A stretch of 63,216 nucleotides of DNA, counting the filler, from Octopus bimaculoides (Eukaryota): the NCBI RefSeq assembly GCF_001194135.2. It is 8 parts of 7 records of this genome, joined end to end, with 100 filler letters (N's around TTAATTAATTAA, not from the genome) between each part and the next. Parts side by side here need not be neighbours in the genome. Positions count along the whole stretch, not along the records: positions 37,115 to 39,801 come from NC_068985.1; positions 39,902 to 42,424 come from NW_026429060.1; positions 42,525 to 48,640 come from NC_068985.1; positions 48,741 to 54,525 come from NC_069004.1; 4 more parts are not named here. The stretch is one strand, 5' to 3'. The translations under genes were made by a program, and so were the position numbers. Positions 39,574 through 51,880 of the stretch are shown here, piece by piece. Position 1 is the first letter of the stretch. Each line of letters starts with the position of its first letter. Below the pieces are notes generated by a model. It was not told where the DNA came from and searched no databases. It worked only from the letters and a program-made list of their open reading frames with translations.

Positions 39574-40789
39574 GTGCACATATGTATATATATACATATA
39601 CATATATATATATATACGCACATTTATATATACATATGCTTATATATATATACATATGTATACATATATACACATATGTATATATACATACATATATATA
39701 CATATATATATACATATGTATATATACAAACATATATTTATATACGTATATATACACATGTACATGTATATACATTTATATACATATACTTATATATATA
39801 TNNNNNNNNNNNNNNNNNNNNNNNNNNNNNNNNNNNNNNNNNNNNTTAATTAATTAANNNNNNNNNNNNNNNNNNNNNNNNNNNNNNNNNNNNNNNNNNN
39901 NTTTGATTTGTCTTGATTTGGCAAATTGTATTATTCATGTATTCATCTGAATAAAACAGATTTTCTTTGGAACATTAAAGTTCTCAAGTCCATCAATAAA
40001 ATGTCTTAGCTTTTTTACCGTTTCATCTTCAAGACGAAGGTATGTTGACGTGTGTTATTGCTTCTGTTTATTTGGGCAGGCTGAAGTGTTATCCTCGAAT
40101 ATATACATCACCGTGAAGTGTAATTTTAGTGTATATTATCCGCAGCATCAATGAATGCCATGGTTTTAGCCTGATGGCTCTTAGCCATTATTCTACAACA
40201 TTCAAACTATTGATAAGCCTGGCAAAATATAAATGGTGAAGATCAGGGAAAATTAGGAGAGTAAAACACAGAAATACTTACACTTCTGCAATTTTGATGT
40301 AATTGTTTGTGTGGTTAATTCCCAGAGTAATTGCGACAATGACAGCTGGAAGACCTGACGACAACATTTACAAAGACGAATAAATATATAGATATTAGTC
40401 ATTAAAATCAGAAATATGTGAGATTTGAAATCGATTTACTTGNNNNNNNNNNNNNNNNNNNNNNNNNNNNNNNNNNNNNNNNNNNNNNNNNNNNNNNNNN
40501 NNNNNNNNNNNNNNNNNNNNNNNNNNNNNNNNNNNNNNNNNNNNNNNNNNNNNNNNNNNNNNNNNNNNNNNATCATCGATATGTTTCAGAAGGCAACAAA
40601 TATTAAAAATTACTGGAAGTCTTGGACCATATGAAACCTACAATTAACTGGCAGTTCATCTCTTACGTCGACAAATGTTCACGTATATCCGATCAACGGA
40701 ATATACTGTTAATGAAATCAATGTGCAAGTGGATGAGCACTCCACAGACACACGTACTTTTAATGTAGTTCATAGGGATATTCAGCGTG

Positions 40790-40955
40790 ACATTCAATGT
40801 GAGAAGGTTGGTCCTTTCAACTACAGGTACTATTCATGTTTATTCAGCTGAGTAGACTGGAGCGGTGAAATAAAGTGTTTTACTCAAAGATACAAAGCGT
40901 CAAAACCTTAGGATCGCGATCCGAATGCTCTAATCACTCCACGAAACGCCTTCAC
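40790..40955 (-). mobile_element. SINE family C, degenerate
   Basis: cagctgagtagactggagcggtgaaataaagtgttttactcaaagatac...ctaatcactccacgaaacgccttcac. Confidence 0.65.
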
Positions 40956-41608
40956 GACTATTAAATTACTAATTTGATGAGAAAGACACAAAAGTTCGGT
41001 ATCGTTAATCTCTCCAGAAATTATTGCGTCAGGGGAAAAGGGAAAATGATTTACTCTTAGGTTTCGTCTAGAGATGAGATTAGACTGAAAATATTTGCAT
41101 GAAATTGAAAGTAAATTTATGTCCCCCCTAATGGTTAACCCTGTGAATCTATTTCCTTATAGTCTATGTTTATCGTCTATATATAACTATTAAATTTTTC
41201 ACACCTTTTGTAATGTTTCCATCTCATTTCAAATACTTACCCCAAGCCATAATTGAGCACTTCATCATAGAAGATGCCATACGCAGGAAGATATGAAGGG
41301 CTTCAACAGCCGTCCACATGAGAGATGCCAGAAGAAAGTAGTGTAACAGAGCAGCCTCCGTCTACAATAATAACAACAGCAACAATAACAATAATGATTT
41401 TTAACATGTATATATATATATATGAATATATATATATATATATNNNNNNNNNNNNNNNNNNNNNNNNNNNNNNNNNNNNNNNNNNNNNNNNNNNNNNNNN
41501 NNNNNNNNNNNNNNNNNNNNNNNNNNNNNNNNNNNNNNNNNNNNNNNNNNNNNNNNNNNNNNNNNNNNNNNNNNNNNNNNNNNNNNNNNNNNNNNNNNNN
41601 NNNNNNNN

Positions 41609-41691
<83 letters not shown>

Positions 41692-41711
41692 CAATAATAA
41701 TAATAATAATA

Positions 41712-42424
41712 TTGATGGTGCTTTCAAATTTTGCGTCTTTGAAATTAGTGAACCTAGAGCTATTTGGTAAGACTAAGAAAGAAATTGAAAGTTGGACGGA
41801 AACTGTGCAGATGATTAGCAAATATATTGGCATGGAGATTGGAATCGAGAAAGATGGTGTAATGATTCTCAAACGGGGGGAAGAACCAGTTAAAACCTTG
41901 AGATCAAGCTGGAAAGAGACAAACCTATAAATGGGGTTGGAGAGGAAGTACCTGGGTATCATTGAAAGAGATAGGATGAATGAAAGCAAGACGAAAGAAA
42001 TGCACGGAAATAATATTTCAGGAGAACTGTGCTTGTGTTCCATTCGAGGCTAAATGATCGCTAAAAGATTAGAGCAACCAACACGTGTGCAGCTGCTTTG
42101 GTCTCCGGTCTATCTCTTGTAATTCATTCTTCTTCCCGGAAGAAGAATGCATTACAAGAGATAGACCGGAGAATACCTAAATTAATAACAATGAACAAGG
42201 AACTACCAACGAAGAGTGATGTGTCAAGATTGTAAGTAAAGAGGAAAGAAGGAGGATGGGGATTGGTGTGTTGTGAAGCTTGTGTAAGGGAAGAGGAGAA
42301 TAACCTGGCTTGGTATAACAAGGGAACTAAAGAAGAAATGATTGAAGCAGTGAGAAAGCAAGGGACCTTAAAAGTGAACGAAGCTGTAGACCCAACACGA
42401 TTCAAGGAAGACCAGAAAAAGCAA
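41712..42424 (+). mobile_element. R4/Dong-clade RT fragment, 5'-truncated directly after (AAT)n
   Basis: LELFGKTKKEIESWTETVQMISKYIGMEIGIEK..ILKRGE; KYLGIIE; DVSRL.VKRKEGGWGL; (AAT)n at 41609-41711. Confidence 0.85.
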
Positions 42425-42931
42425 NNNNNNNNNNNNNNNNNNNNNNNNNNNNNNNNNNNNNNNNNNNNTTAATTAATTAANNNNNNNNNNNNNNNNNNNN
42501 NNNNNNNNNNNNNNNNNNNNNNNNTATATATATATATATATATATATATGGGTGGGGTGCGTGCGTGTGTGTGTGTGTGTAAATATAACATCACATGATA
42601 TTGCACATCCAAATTCACTAAGAGTAGAAAATGAAAGCAAAATAGAACTTAACAATAGTGACATAACAACAGAGACACTGCGTTTGACAGCAGCAGCAAG
42701 AACAGCAACTAATACGTTCAGACTCATACACTTAGGTTGTACAAACTACTCCAACAATAACAGGGACAGAGAAAACCAAGAAACAATCTGAAGAACATCG
42801 GTGAAAACAACGGCTCGTGGTCAGTGGTTGCATTCACAATATATTACAGATAATTGGACAGCGCTGGTGTATCCTGTAGGGAGTGCCGAAAAGAACTATC
42901 GAAGACAAAGCATTCTTGCTGCCACCACATA

Positions 42932-43240
42932 TTTGTTGTTTGTTCCTTCTCGAGCCATGCCTGGCTCATAAGGGCCGGTTTCTGGGTATAATTGGCGTAT
43001 AGGTTCCCCATCTGTACGGGATGCCGGTCCGTCGCAGGTGAGCTGCGAGATACAGGAGGAAAGAATGAGAGAAAGTTGTGACGAAAGAGTCAGCAATAAG
43101 TTCGCTATTACCTTCTGCTGGAACCGCCTATAGCTTAGGTGTTACGCTCATAAACACATACATTGCCCGGGCTGAGATTTGAACCCGTGATCCCTCGACC
43201 GCGAGTCCGCTGCCCTAACCACTAGGTCATGTGCCTCCAC
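42932..43240 (-). mobile_element. SINE family D, tRNA-like head, (AAAC)-like tail
   Basis: Reverse complement GTGGAGGCACATGACCTAGTGGTTAGGGCAGCGGACTCGCGGTCGAGGGATCACGGGTTCAAATCTC continues into a non-tRNA body of about 230 bp. Confidence 0.8.
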
Positions 43241-43812
43241 ACTCGCATATTAGTTAAACCCATTTAAAATATTTCTGCCTTTCAATTGTTCAAGGCGACG
43301 ACAGATGTTCCTGCGTCAGTATTGGGTACAAAATTTGAGACATCGACAATATTGATATTTTTCTCATTTCTATGATTCGACTTGGAAACTGTTGTGAAAC
43401 ACACTCACTCAACAATAAAGGATGTAAATGAACCGTGATAGGTGAACGGTGATATGGCGAGGGATTACTGTGTATATAATTATATAATATATAATATATA
43501 NNNNNNNNNNNNNNNNNNNNNNNNNNNNNNNNNNNNNNNNNNNNNNNNNNNNNNNNNNNNNNNNNNNNNNNNNNNNNNNNNNNNNNNNNNNNNNNNNNNN
43601 NNNNNNNNNNNNNNNNNNNNNNNNNNNNNNNNNNNNNNNNNNNNNNNNNNNNNNNNNNNNNNNNNNNNNNNNNNNNNNNNNNNNNNNNNNNNNNNNNNNN
43701 NNNNNNNNNNNNNNNNNNNNNNNNNNNNNNNNNNNNNNNNNNNNNNNNNNNNNNNNNNNNNNNNNNNNNNNNNNNNNNNNNNNNNNNNNNNNNNNNNNNN
43801 NNNNNNATATAC

Positions 43813-43851
<39 letters not shown>

Positions 43852-43889
43852 TGTGTGTGTGTGTCTGCGTGTGTGTGTGTATACAGGGT

Positions 43890-44247
43890 GGGTAAAATTC
43901 TCGAGATTCATGGATGAGTTCTTTCCAGCGGCCTTGTCCCTTATTATCGCTGCCATGTCCTGTTTCTCCCAGAGACCAACGTCTGACCTTAAGGCATCAG
44001 CTTATAGGCGCAGGAGTGGCTGTGTGGTAAGTAACTTGCTTGCTTGCTTACCAACCACATGGTTCCGGATTCAGACCCACCTCGGGCAAGTGTTTTCTAC
44101 TATAGCCTCGGGCCAAGCAAAGTCTTGTGAGTGGATTTGGTCGACGGAAACTCAAAGAAGCCGGTCGTATATACACACACACACATACATATACACACAC
44201 ATACATACACACAGACATATATGTATATATATACGCATATATATATG

Positions 44248-44286
<39 letters not shown>

Positions 44287-44650
44287 CTGTGTGTGTGTGA
44301 GTGTGCTTGTCCCCCATCATCGCATGACAACCGATTCTGGTCGGTTTATATCCCCGTAACTTAGCGGTTCGGCGAAAGAGAACGATATAATAAGTACTAG
44401 GGTCACAAAGAATAAGTCCTGTGGTCAAATTGCTCGACTAAGGGCGGCGCTCCAGCATGGCCGCAGTCAAATGTCTGAATAAAAGAGTATGTCATCCTCG
44501 GTCTCCCTTTTCTAGTGTGTCCGTGTAGGGACTCCCACAGGAGCTCTAAATGAATTATCAACTCTGAATGACGGTGATACATGACCAACTAACCTCAATC
44601 TCCTCTGTATTATTTTCGAGCTAATTATTTGGAGGTTCTCGTACGGCTCG
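43890..44650 (-). mobile_element. RTE-clade LINE 3' fragment interrupted by a family B SINE
   Basis: YENLQIISSKIIQRRLRLVGH..LELLWESLHGHTRKGRPRMTY [SINE] DALRSDVGL..DMAAIIRDK. Confidence 0.75.
44006..44487 (+). mobile_element. SINE family B, complete: head, internal microsatellite (about 44168-44305), tail
   Basis: Both junctions are defined by the interrupted RTE frame; possible TAT target-site duplication (44003-44005 and 44488-44490). Confidence 0.9.
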
Positions 44651-45010
44651 TACATATATATAGTATAAAAGTACACACACACACACACACTCACATATAT
44701 ATATATATATACACATGTCTATACACACCTCACACAAATACACACACACAGACATTCACACACATACACATACACACACNNNNNNNNNNNNNNNNNNNNN
44801 NNNNNNNNNNNNNNNNNNNNNNNNNNNNNNNNNNNNNNNNNNNNNNNNGAGTTAGGATTATTTAAACATTCGAGTGTTTGGCTTAAGTGTTTAAGCAACT
44901 AAGGGATAATTAAATCCGAAGGCCCTCCTGGAGATTACCTGTGTGGGTACCGTATTTGTTAGAAGGTATCTAGAAAGTATCTATTCTCTACATGATTATA
45001 TATATATAGG

Positions 45011-45279
45011 ATAAAGGTATAAAGAACCTCGCCGAGTCATATAGACACCTGGGGCTGGTTTTCCTGTTTCTTTGGCGCAACATCCCCCGCAGTACGGGAC
45101 GCCTCTCCGTCATCGTCTGTGTACTGATGTTTGCCAGTTTGCCAGTTCAGTGGACCGGAGCAACGTGAAATGAAAGCTCTTGCTCAGGAAGACAACGTGT
45201 TATCCGATCGAGGAATCGAAACCACAATCTTACGACCATGATTCCATAGCACGCTAACCACGAAGCCATGCGCCTCCAC
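45011..45279 (-). mobile_element. SINE family C, full length
   Basis: Reverse complement GTGGAGGCGCATGGCTTCGTGGTTAGCGTG...GGTTTCGATTCCTC tRNA-like head, then TCCTGAGCAAGAGCTTTCATTTCACGTTGCTCC body. Confidence 0.85.
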
Positions 45280-45298
45280 ACACATATATGTATGTATG

Positions 45299-45351
<53 letters not shown>

Positions 45352-46045
45352 GTATGTATGTATATATATATATATGTGTGTGTGTCTAACTCAGTTCAAT
45401 GATACTAATTTTACAACGATTATTTGGCCATTAATTAAATTTGCACACTCCTCTTTCACTTGAAAGTTTGTCATTCATGAGTTAATTCACTGCTGTGGTG
45501 ACTTCTAAAACAAAGGATTGTTACTCACTCTGTAGAGTTACCTAATAGACATTTAATCCGATCCGACGTCTAATTTTATTAGATTTTTGTTTATTTTTAG
45601 CTATGCTGAATTGCTTAACATCTTTGATAACGGTATTGTGTAATAGAGAATTCCTTTTGATGAAAATTGGCGGAATATCTATCAAATTCGTTCTCAGACC
45701 AAAGTATTGCAGGAGAACTCGCAAACTTACATACACGAATGATTGTGTGTGAATGTGTGTGTACGTGTGCGTGTGAGAGAGAGAGGGAGAGAGAGAGAGA
45801 GAGAGGTTAAGTGAGTGAGAGGCAGGGGGTGTTTGAATGTATGTGTCTGTGTTACGCACACGCGCGTTAAAGTGCATAGTATGAGAGACCGAAGAGTAGA
45901 GATGAATGAATAGATATTCAGGCAGATAGATAGATAGATAGATGGATAGATAGATAGGTAAATAGACAGATAGACATGTAGATATCAGACTCTACGTCTT
46001 GAAACTTCTATTAGGCACTTGAATGTGTATTTGTGCACAAAAGTC

Positions 46046-46077
<32 letters not shown>

Positions 46078-46249
46078 CATACATACAAAAGGGGGAAGAA
46101 AATATAGAACAAAACCATGGTAAATTAATCAAATTCTACCACCTCCTAGATTTCAATTATCTCCCCTATACCGGAAGAAATCCCTAATTACCTCCCCCTA
46201 TCTAGAACTCTTCTTTCTCAGACTGGAACGAACACGACACAATGAAGTA

Positions 46250-46288
46250 GAGAAATTTGAAAAGACAACACGAAACCGGTTATTTCTC
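46250..46288 (+). ncRNA. Minimal type-I hammerhead-like fold, U3/A8 core, palindromic stem III
   Basis: GAGAAAU-UUGAAAA-G(ACAACA)C-GAAA-CCGG-U-U-AUUUCUC: perfect 7-bp stem I, ACCGGU palindrome. Confidence 0.5.
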
Positions 46289-46704
46289 AAAATACAATGT
46301 TTATATACCAAAAAAATGTTGNNNNNNNNNNNNNNNNNNNNNNNNNNNNNNNNNNNNNNNNNNNNNNNNNNNNNNNNNNNNNNNNNNNNNNNNNNNNNNN
46401 NNNNNNNNNNNNNNNNNNNNNNNNNNNNNNNNNNNNNNNNNNNNNNNNNNNNNNNNNNNNNNNNNNNNNNNNNNNNNNNNNNNNNNNNNNNNNNNNNNNN
46501 NNNNNNNNNNNNNNNNNNNNNNNNNNNNNNNNNNNNNNNNNNNNNNNNNNNNNNNNNNNNNNNNNNNNNNNNNNNNNNNNNNNNNNNNNNNNNNNNNNNN
46601 NNNNNNNNNNNNNNNNNNNNNNNNNNNNNNNNNNNNNNNNNNNNNNNNNNNNNNNNNNNNNNNNNNNNNNNNNNNNNNNNNNNNNNNNNNNNNNNNNNNN
46701 NNNN

Positions 46705-46755
<51 letters not shown>

Positions 46756-46879
46756 CTAATTAACCGGTGTTTCAGATTTAATGGTTTTCAAAAATACACA
46801 TGTGGCGCTATGTGTATGCATATACTTATGTGTGTATATATATGTATGTGTATATATATGTGTGTGTGTATATATTAAT

Positions 46880-47210
46880 AGTAATGGTAAGACAAAAAAA
46901 GAATGAAAGAGTCCCCGATATTATGTAAGTAGAGGAATTTATTTGTAATATACTATGTGACAATTATTCGGTTGCCCTAATAAAACTCCGAGTTTCGGAT
47001 GTTGGTGCGGAAACCTGCACCGGAATCTCTTCAGTTCTCGAGGAATTGCCTTGATAACTGGTTAATTTCGTTATTTTTTCTTCTTGTTTTGCCTATGTGA
47101 ATTACAAGTATTGCTATCTGTTGGGAACTTATTGTAGTAGTAGAATTAACACTTTAACTGCTATTTCTAAATTTCGGTATGTGGTGAAGCGACTGTTGCT
47201 GATCCCTTAA
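46880..47210 (-). mobile_element. Penelope-like 3' end/terminal repeat (tentative)
   Basis: A decayed frame (AKQEEKITKL) ends at a hammerhead core, the arrangement typical of PLE ends. Confidence 0.4.
46975..47043 (-). ncRNA. Type-I hammerhead-like fold, core CUGAAGA, palindromic stem III, eroded stem I
   Basis: CCUCGAGAA-CUGAAGA-GAU.UCC.GGUGC(8 nt)GCACC.AAC.AUC.C-GAAA-CUCGGAG-U-U-UUAUUAGGG. Confidence 0.5.
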
Positions 47211-47762
47211 TTATGTTTATACATATGTATATATATCATTCTCATGTGTGTAATATGTATATACCGATATCGTATATGTCACTATGTATACGTGTATATC
47301 ACTATCGTGAATCGCATTTTAAAAAAGAATGCACTTTGTTCCTCTTCGGTTCATTATATTTTTCCCCATTTTCAATCCTTTATCCTTCTCAGGTAGTTTT
47401 CCACACACACCCCACTCTCTAATTCCCCCCTACCCTGCATTGAATTAGCTTCCTATTATAATAAAGCGTTATAAGTTAGGTGACGAGAAAATATCTTTAC
47501 ATACATTTTAACGACGTACTATCTGATACAACGAAAATCTGCCTCATGTATCATTCAACAACAGTCAGTCTAATAGTGCAAATCGGTCTTTAGATTCCAT
47601 ATATAGGCTTTTGATATCAGCTCTCGTTTCGGAGTACCAGTTTGTCAAGAGATCCATGAAATAAGTAGCATATTAAATTAAATCAAATGCTCATGCAGAC
47701 ACACAATTCATGCAATAACGAAGCTATTATTTATGAAACAGATATTTTCATGTTAACAGGTT

Positions 47763-47966
47763 TTAACACTTTTCCTACTCTGTGTTTCACACGATACACT
47801 TTCCTATTTCTTTTTTTTTTTTTATCACCAGTGTAACTAGCGACTTGTGAACGGAAAACATAATATTATTCAGAACTAACGAAACAAGAGATAACTAAAA
47901 GTGTGAAAACAGTCATAGATGTTTAGGGCAAACTTATCAAAAGGCATTAGATGTGGAAAGGGTTAA
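47763..47966. mobile_element. Possible piggyBac-type MITE
   Basis: TTAA-CACTTTTCC ... GGAAAGGG-TTAA: imperfect short TIRs bounded by TTAA. Confidence 0.35.
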
Positions 47967-48741
47967 CGCCAAGCGTAAAGAATACACTAGAGATGGTTGC
48001 GTATTTCAATAACGAAAACTTAAATATCATTTTCAGAAATATATAAAAGGAGTACAAAAAATATATATAATCAAATATGTCTGTGTTGGACGAATCAGTC
48101 TATTCTTATTCTGGATTTCTGCTGTGTGTTCGCCGATTCATCAGACAATATATAACTGCAGATGGTGTTTGTAAAAATATGTAGCTAAATCTATTATCAA
48201 GTAGAAGTTACAAAATATAACACATAACACAGAGAATTAAAAACGCAAGTTTTCTATAGCTAAGAAGAGCCTTATGCTCACAATACAAAAGAATTTTAGA
48301 TGAGATATATTTAGTAAATGCCGCCACTTCAACAAATACTGGAAGATAGCACTAACATCTCATTTAGTGGAACTATATTTAACTTAAACCAAGAAGCATC
48401 AAAGTTTCACATTACCCTACGATGCTGGCCTAAACGTTCATTTAAGAATATAGTTGACTTTTGTAACTCATATGCCAGAATAGATCAATACTTACCTATT
48501 CGCCTAGTGATCTCTCCTTCCGTGTTACTAGATCGATAGTAATACATTCATATCGAACTCATATTTCCATACATATTACTCATTTATAGACACGCACATA
48601 CACACACACATACATATATACATACATACATATATATATANNNNNNNNNNNNNNNNNNNNNNNNNNNNNNNNNNNNNNNNNNNNTTAATTAATTAANNNN
48701 NNNNNNNNNNNNNNNNNNNNNNNNNNNNNNNNNNNNNNNNA

Positions 48742-49101
48742 AGGGTCCACCAAGGTTCCGTCCTCAGCCCCCTCCTATTTATCATAGTCCTCCAGGCAAT
48801 CATAGAGGAGTTCAAGACAGGTTGCCCCTGGGAGCTCCTCTATGCTGATGACCTTGCCCTAATTGCGGAGTCACTATCAGAACTAGAGGAGAAGTTTCAG
48901 GTGTGGAAGCAAGGTCTAGAATTGAAGGGCCTTAGAGTCAACCAAGCTAAAACCAAAATCCTAATAAGTAGGAAGGTAGATAAAACACAAACCCCTTCAG
49001 GTAGATGGCCCTGCTCAGTATGTAGAAAAGGAGTAGGTAGTAACTCTATAAGATGTACCCGGTGCAAGCTATGGACACATAAGAGGTGCAGCAATATCAA
49101 A
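48742..49101 (+). mobile_element. RTE-clade LINE RT fragment with Cys/His finger insert, open frame
   Basis: RVHQGSVLSPLLFIIVLQA...WELLYADDLALIAES...GLRVNQAKTK...WPCSVCRKGVGSNSIRCTRCKLWTHKRCSNIK. Confidence 0.95.
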
Positions 49102-49730
49102 GATGTGTAGATTTGTGCTGCATCCAAAAAGTAAGGTGGAGCGGAGGTTCTGCTAGGTTCCTCACAGGCAAAGAACATAGGTATGAGAGTTTCTGGGCAG
49201 GGAACACTGATGGAGTCTGGGTGGCGGGGTATACTTCTTGTGAAGAAATGGGTTGATATGGTAATCAAGGTAGTCAAAGTCTGTGATAGAATACTTAAGC
49301 TTAGATTAGTGCTGCAACATGGATTAGCAACCCTTATCTCAGCTTATGCCCCTCAGCCAGGTCTACCTGATGGACAAAAAGACCGATTTTATGACACCCT
49401 CTTGCAGACTACCTTGTTGATGAATGACAGGGACCTTCTCTTTGTGGCTGGTGACTTCAATGGACATATTGGACAACATGCAGGGGACTTCCATGGCATA
49501 CATGGAGGTTATGGTTTTGGTTCCTGCAGTGAGGAGGGAACCAGGATACTGGAGTTCTGTGATGCAAATGATCTTATGGTTTGTAATACTAACTTCAGGA
49601 AACCTGCCAGTCACCTATTCACCTACCAATCTGGTGGACACACTAGTCAAATTGACTACATCCTTGCCAGGAAACGGGAAAGATGGCTACTTATAAATGC
49701 CAAAACCTTCCCAGGTAAAGAATGCATATA
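49102..49730 (+). mobile_element. RTE-clade LINE APE endonuclease fragment (one frameshift)
   Basis: VDLCCIQKVRW...GILL...ISAYAPQ...AGDFNGHIG...ILEFCDANDLMVCNTNF...TYQSGGHTSQIDYIL. Confidence 0.95.
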
Positions 49731-49789
49731 TATATATATTATATACGCAGGTGAATAATANNNNNNNNNNNNNNNNNNNNNNNNNNNNN

Positions 49790-49833
<44 letters not shown>

Positions 49834-49859
49834 GTGTAAAACAATGCAATTTTCTAATC

Positions 49860-51130
49860 AGGGAAAGAAAGAAACCAAACACATCAATAAGACATTTTAA
49901 CAGAATGTGATGACTGCGTACATGATGAAGGGAACTCTACTGGTTGACTGGCTTAATTCTATTAATAACAAGAAGTGCACTAAGTTTATCCAGTTTGACA
50001 TTTCTAGTTTCTATTCCTCTATCAACCCAATCGTACTTAACAAGGCACTCTGGCTCGCTCACAACAAAGCAGGTCTCACCAGGGATGAAATTAATGGCAT
50101 GTTAGCCGCCAGAAAATCTATTATTAAATTCGATAACAGGATATGGGTCCGGAAAGGTACACCCGATAGTTCTGATGTCACAATGGGAAGTTCTGATTCA
50201 GCACAAATCGCTGATTTAGTCGGTATGTATATCCTTTATGAGATGGCTGACCAATTCCCAAACATCAATGGAGGTCTATATCATGATGATTGTCTACTCT
50301 ACCTTCAAAATGCTTCTAACCAAAAACTACAAAAGGTTAAGAATAGTTTAGTTAAATTTTTCCGAAACATGGGCTTAAGCATTGTTTTTGACAAAGATGT
50401 AACTAAAGCCAACTTTTTGGATATTACCCTTAACTTATATAATGATTCATATTTCTCATACCATAAACCCTCAACTAATTTAATTTCAGTAATCACTCTA
50501 AGGCTATTACAAAGAATTTAGTTAGGAATATTTCACTTAGACTTTCTAGATTATCTGCTAATGTTGATATCTACAACAATAAAGCTGAATTTTACATCTC
50601 TGCGTTACTTAAAGCAGGCTATAAAGAAAAAATTACCTATACTAACCCTATTGACATTAATTCTACCTCTATTAATCAGGACATGAAATCAAGTCATAAT
50701 GATATTAACAATATTAATTTTATTTAGAATAACACCAAATTGAGTAATGTAAATCTGCAGCATAAGGGAAATAACCGTTATTTAAGACCCTTTTTTCATT
50801 ATAAAAGTACATTGAGGACTTTTAAAGATAATTACCCTAATAGCAAAAGATAATACTCTAATAGTATGTCCTAGCAAAACTGTTTGGTTAATAATTTCAT
50901 ATGGTAAGCAGATCAAATCCAACTTCCCTTACCAGTTTTGTGAAGCTAAAGAAAAGAATTTCCCAAGAAATTCAAGATATTATTCAATTATTAATTCACA
51001 CCGTATCATGATAAGGTTTTCTAACAAAAAATTTTCACAAATCATCTCTTTGCATAATAATAAGTTGTTAAATACAAATCCACTTAATGAAAATAGTAAT
51101 ATTGATTATGTTAACACTAACCATTCTTTA
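49860..51130 (+). mobile_element. Penelope-like element RT and linker, degenerate
   Basis: ORF 49907-50521: FIQFDISSFYSSI...DVTMGSSDSAQIADLVG...GLYHDDCL...NFLDITLNL...YHKP; downstream FYISALLKAGY and NFPRNSRYYSIINS...IISLHNNKLL. Confidence 0.9.
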
Positions 51131-51297
51131 AATAATAATAACAGAGGCGTTCTTCTTTTTGAAGTTGACTTCAATCGCATTCATTTACTTAGCAGTAATT
51201 CTAAGACCAGAAACTCTATTTATCAGTTTAAAATTACTTCCAGTTCTGGCGTCTTTTTTTATATAGGTAGTTCTTCATCTCAGTTACTCTTTTACTC

Positions 51298-51552
51298 TTT
51301 TACTTGTTTCAGTCATTTGACTGCGGTCATGCTGGAGCACCGCCTTTAGTAGAGCAAATAGACCTCAAAACTTATTCTTTGTAAGCCTAGTACTTGTTCT
51401 ATCGTACTCTTTTGCCAAACCGCTAAGTTACAGNNNNNNNNNNNNNNNNNNNNNNNNNNNNNNNNNNNNNNNNNNNNNNNNNNNNNNNNNNNNNNNNNNN
51501 NNNNNNNNNNNATATATATATATATACGTATACATATATATACGATGGGTTT
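51298..51552 (-). mobile_element. SINE family B tail, gap/microsatellite and last bases of head
   Basis: cttgtttcagtcatttgactgcggtcatgctggagcaccgcc...ccaaaccgctaagttac; after the gap tatatacgatggg. Confidence 0.85.
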
Positions 51553-51639
51553 GAAAAGAGAGTAAAGCTACAGGAAACCAAAAGACGAATGATCACGATA
51601 ATCAGTCGGCTACCCTAGCCTAGTCGTTACTACATCCCA

Positions 51640-51880
51640 ATGTAGGATTCCTCACCATACAGGTGTGAAGTCCCCATGAAGGGGTCTTTGTAACTTCAAA
51701 GAAGAAATTTTAGAAATATTACTTTATTTGTGTGTAATATGTATGGTTAAAATTTCATCAACATCAAAAATATAAGAATTTTCATGGGGGTTATGGCCGT
51801 TATGTATAGAATATAATTTCCAAATTTCATAAAGATCCATTCAGTACGTTTGACGTAGTTTTGGATAAAAAAACAAATGA
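51640..51880 (-). mobile_element. Helitron-like non-autonomous fragment (tentative)
   Basis: aaaatttcatcaac and ccaaatttcataaagatccattcagt motifs resemble the reverse of the gattctgatgaatcttg segment near 37370. Confidence 0.3.

Noticed and set aside
43165-43240. Possible tRNA gene (similar heads at 45200-45279, 17640-17710, 28030-28120)
   Set aside because: A/B boxes are present but no convincing cloverleaf; each continues into a repeated SINE body
48120-48150. Minus-strand CUGAUGA-AUCGGC-GAAC; similar CUGAGGA...CGAAC near 4456-4480 on plus
   Set aside because: GAAC instead of GAAA and no supporting stems
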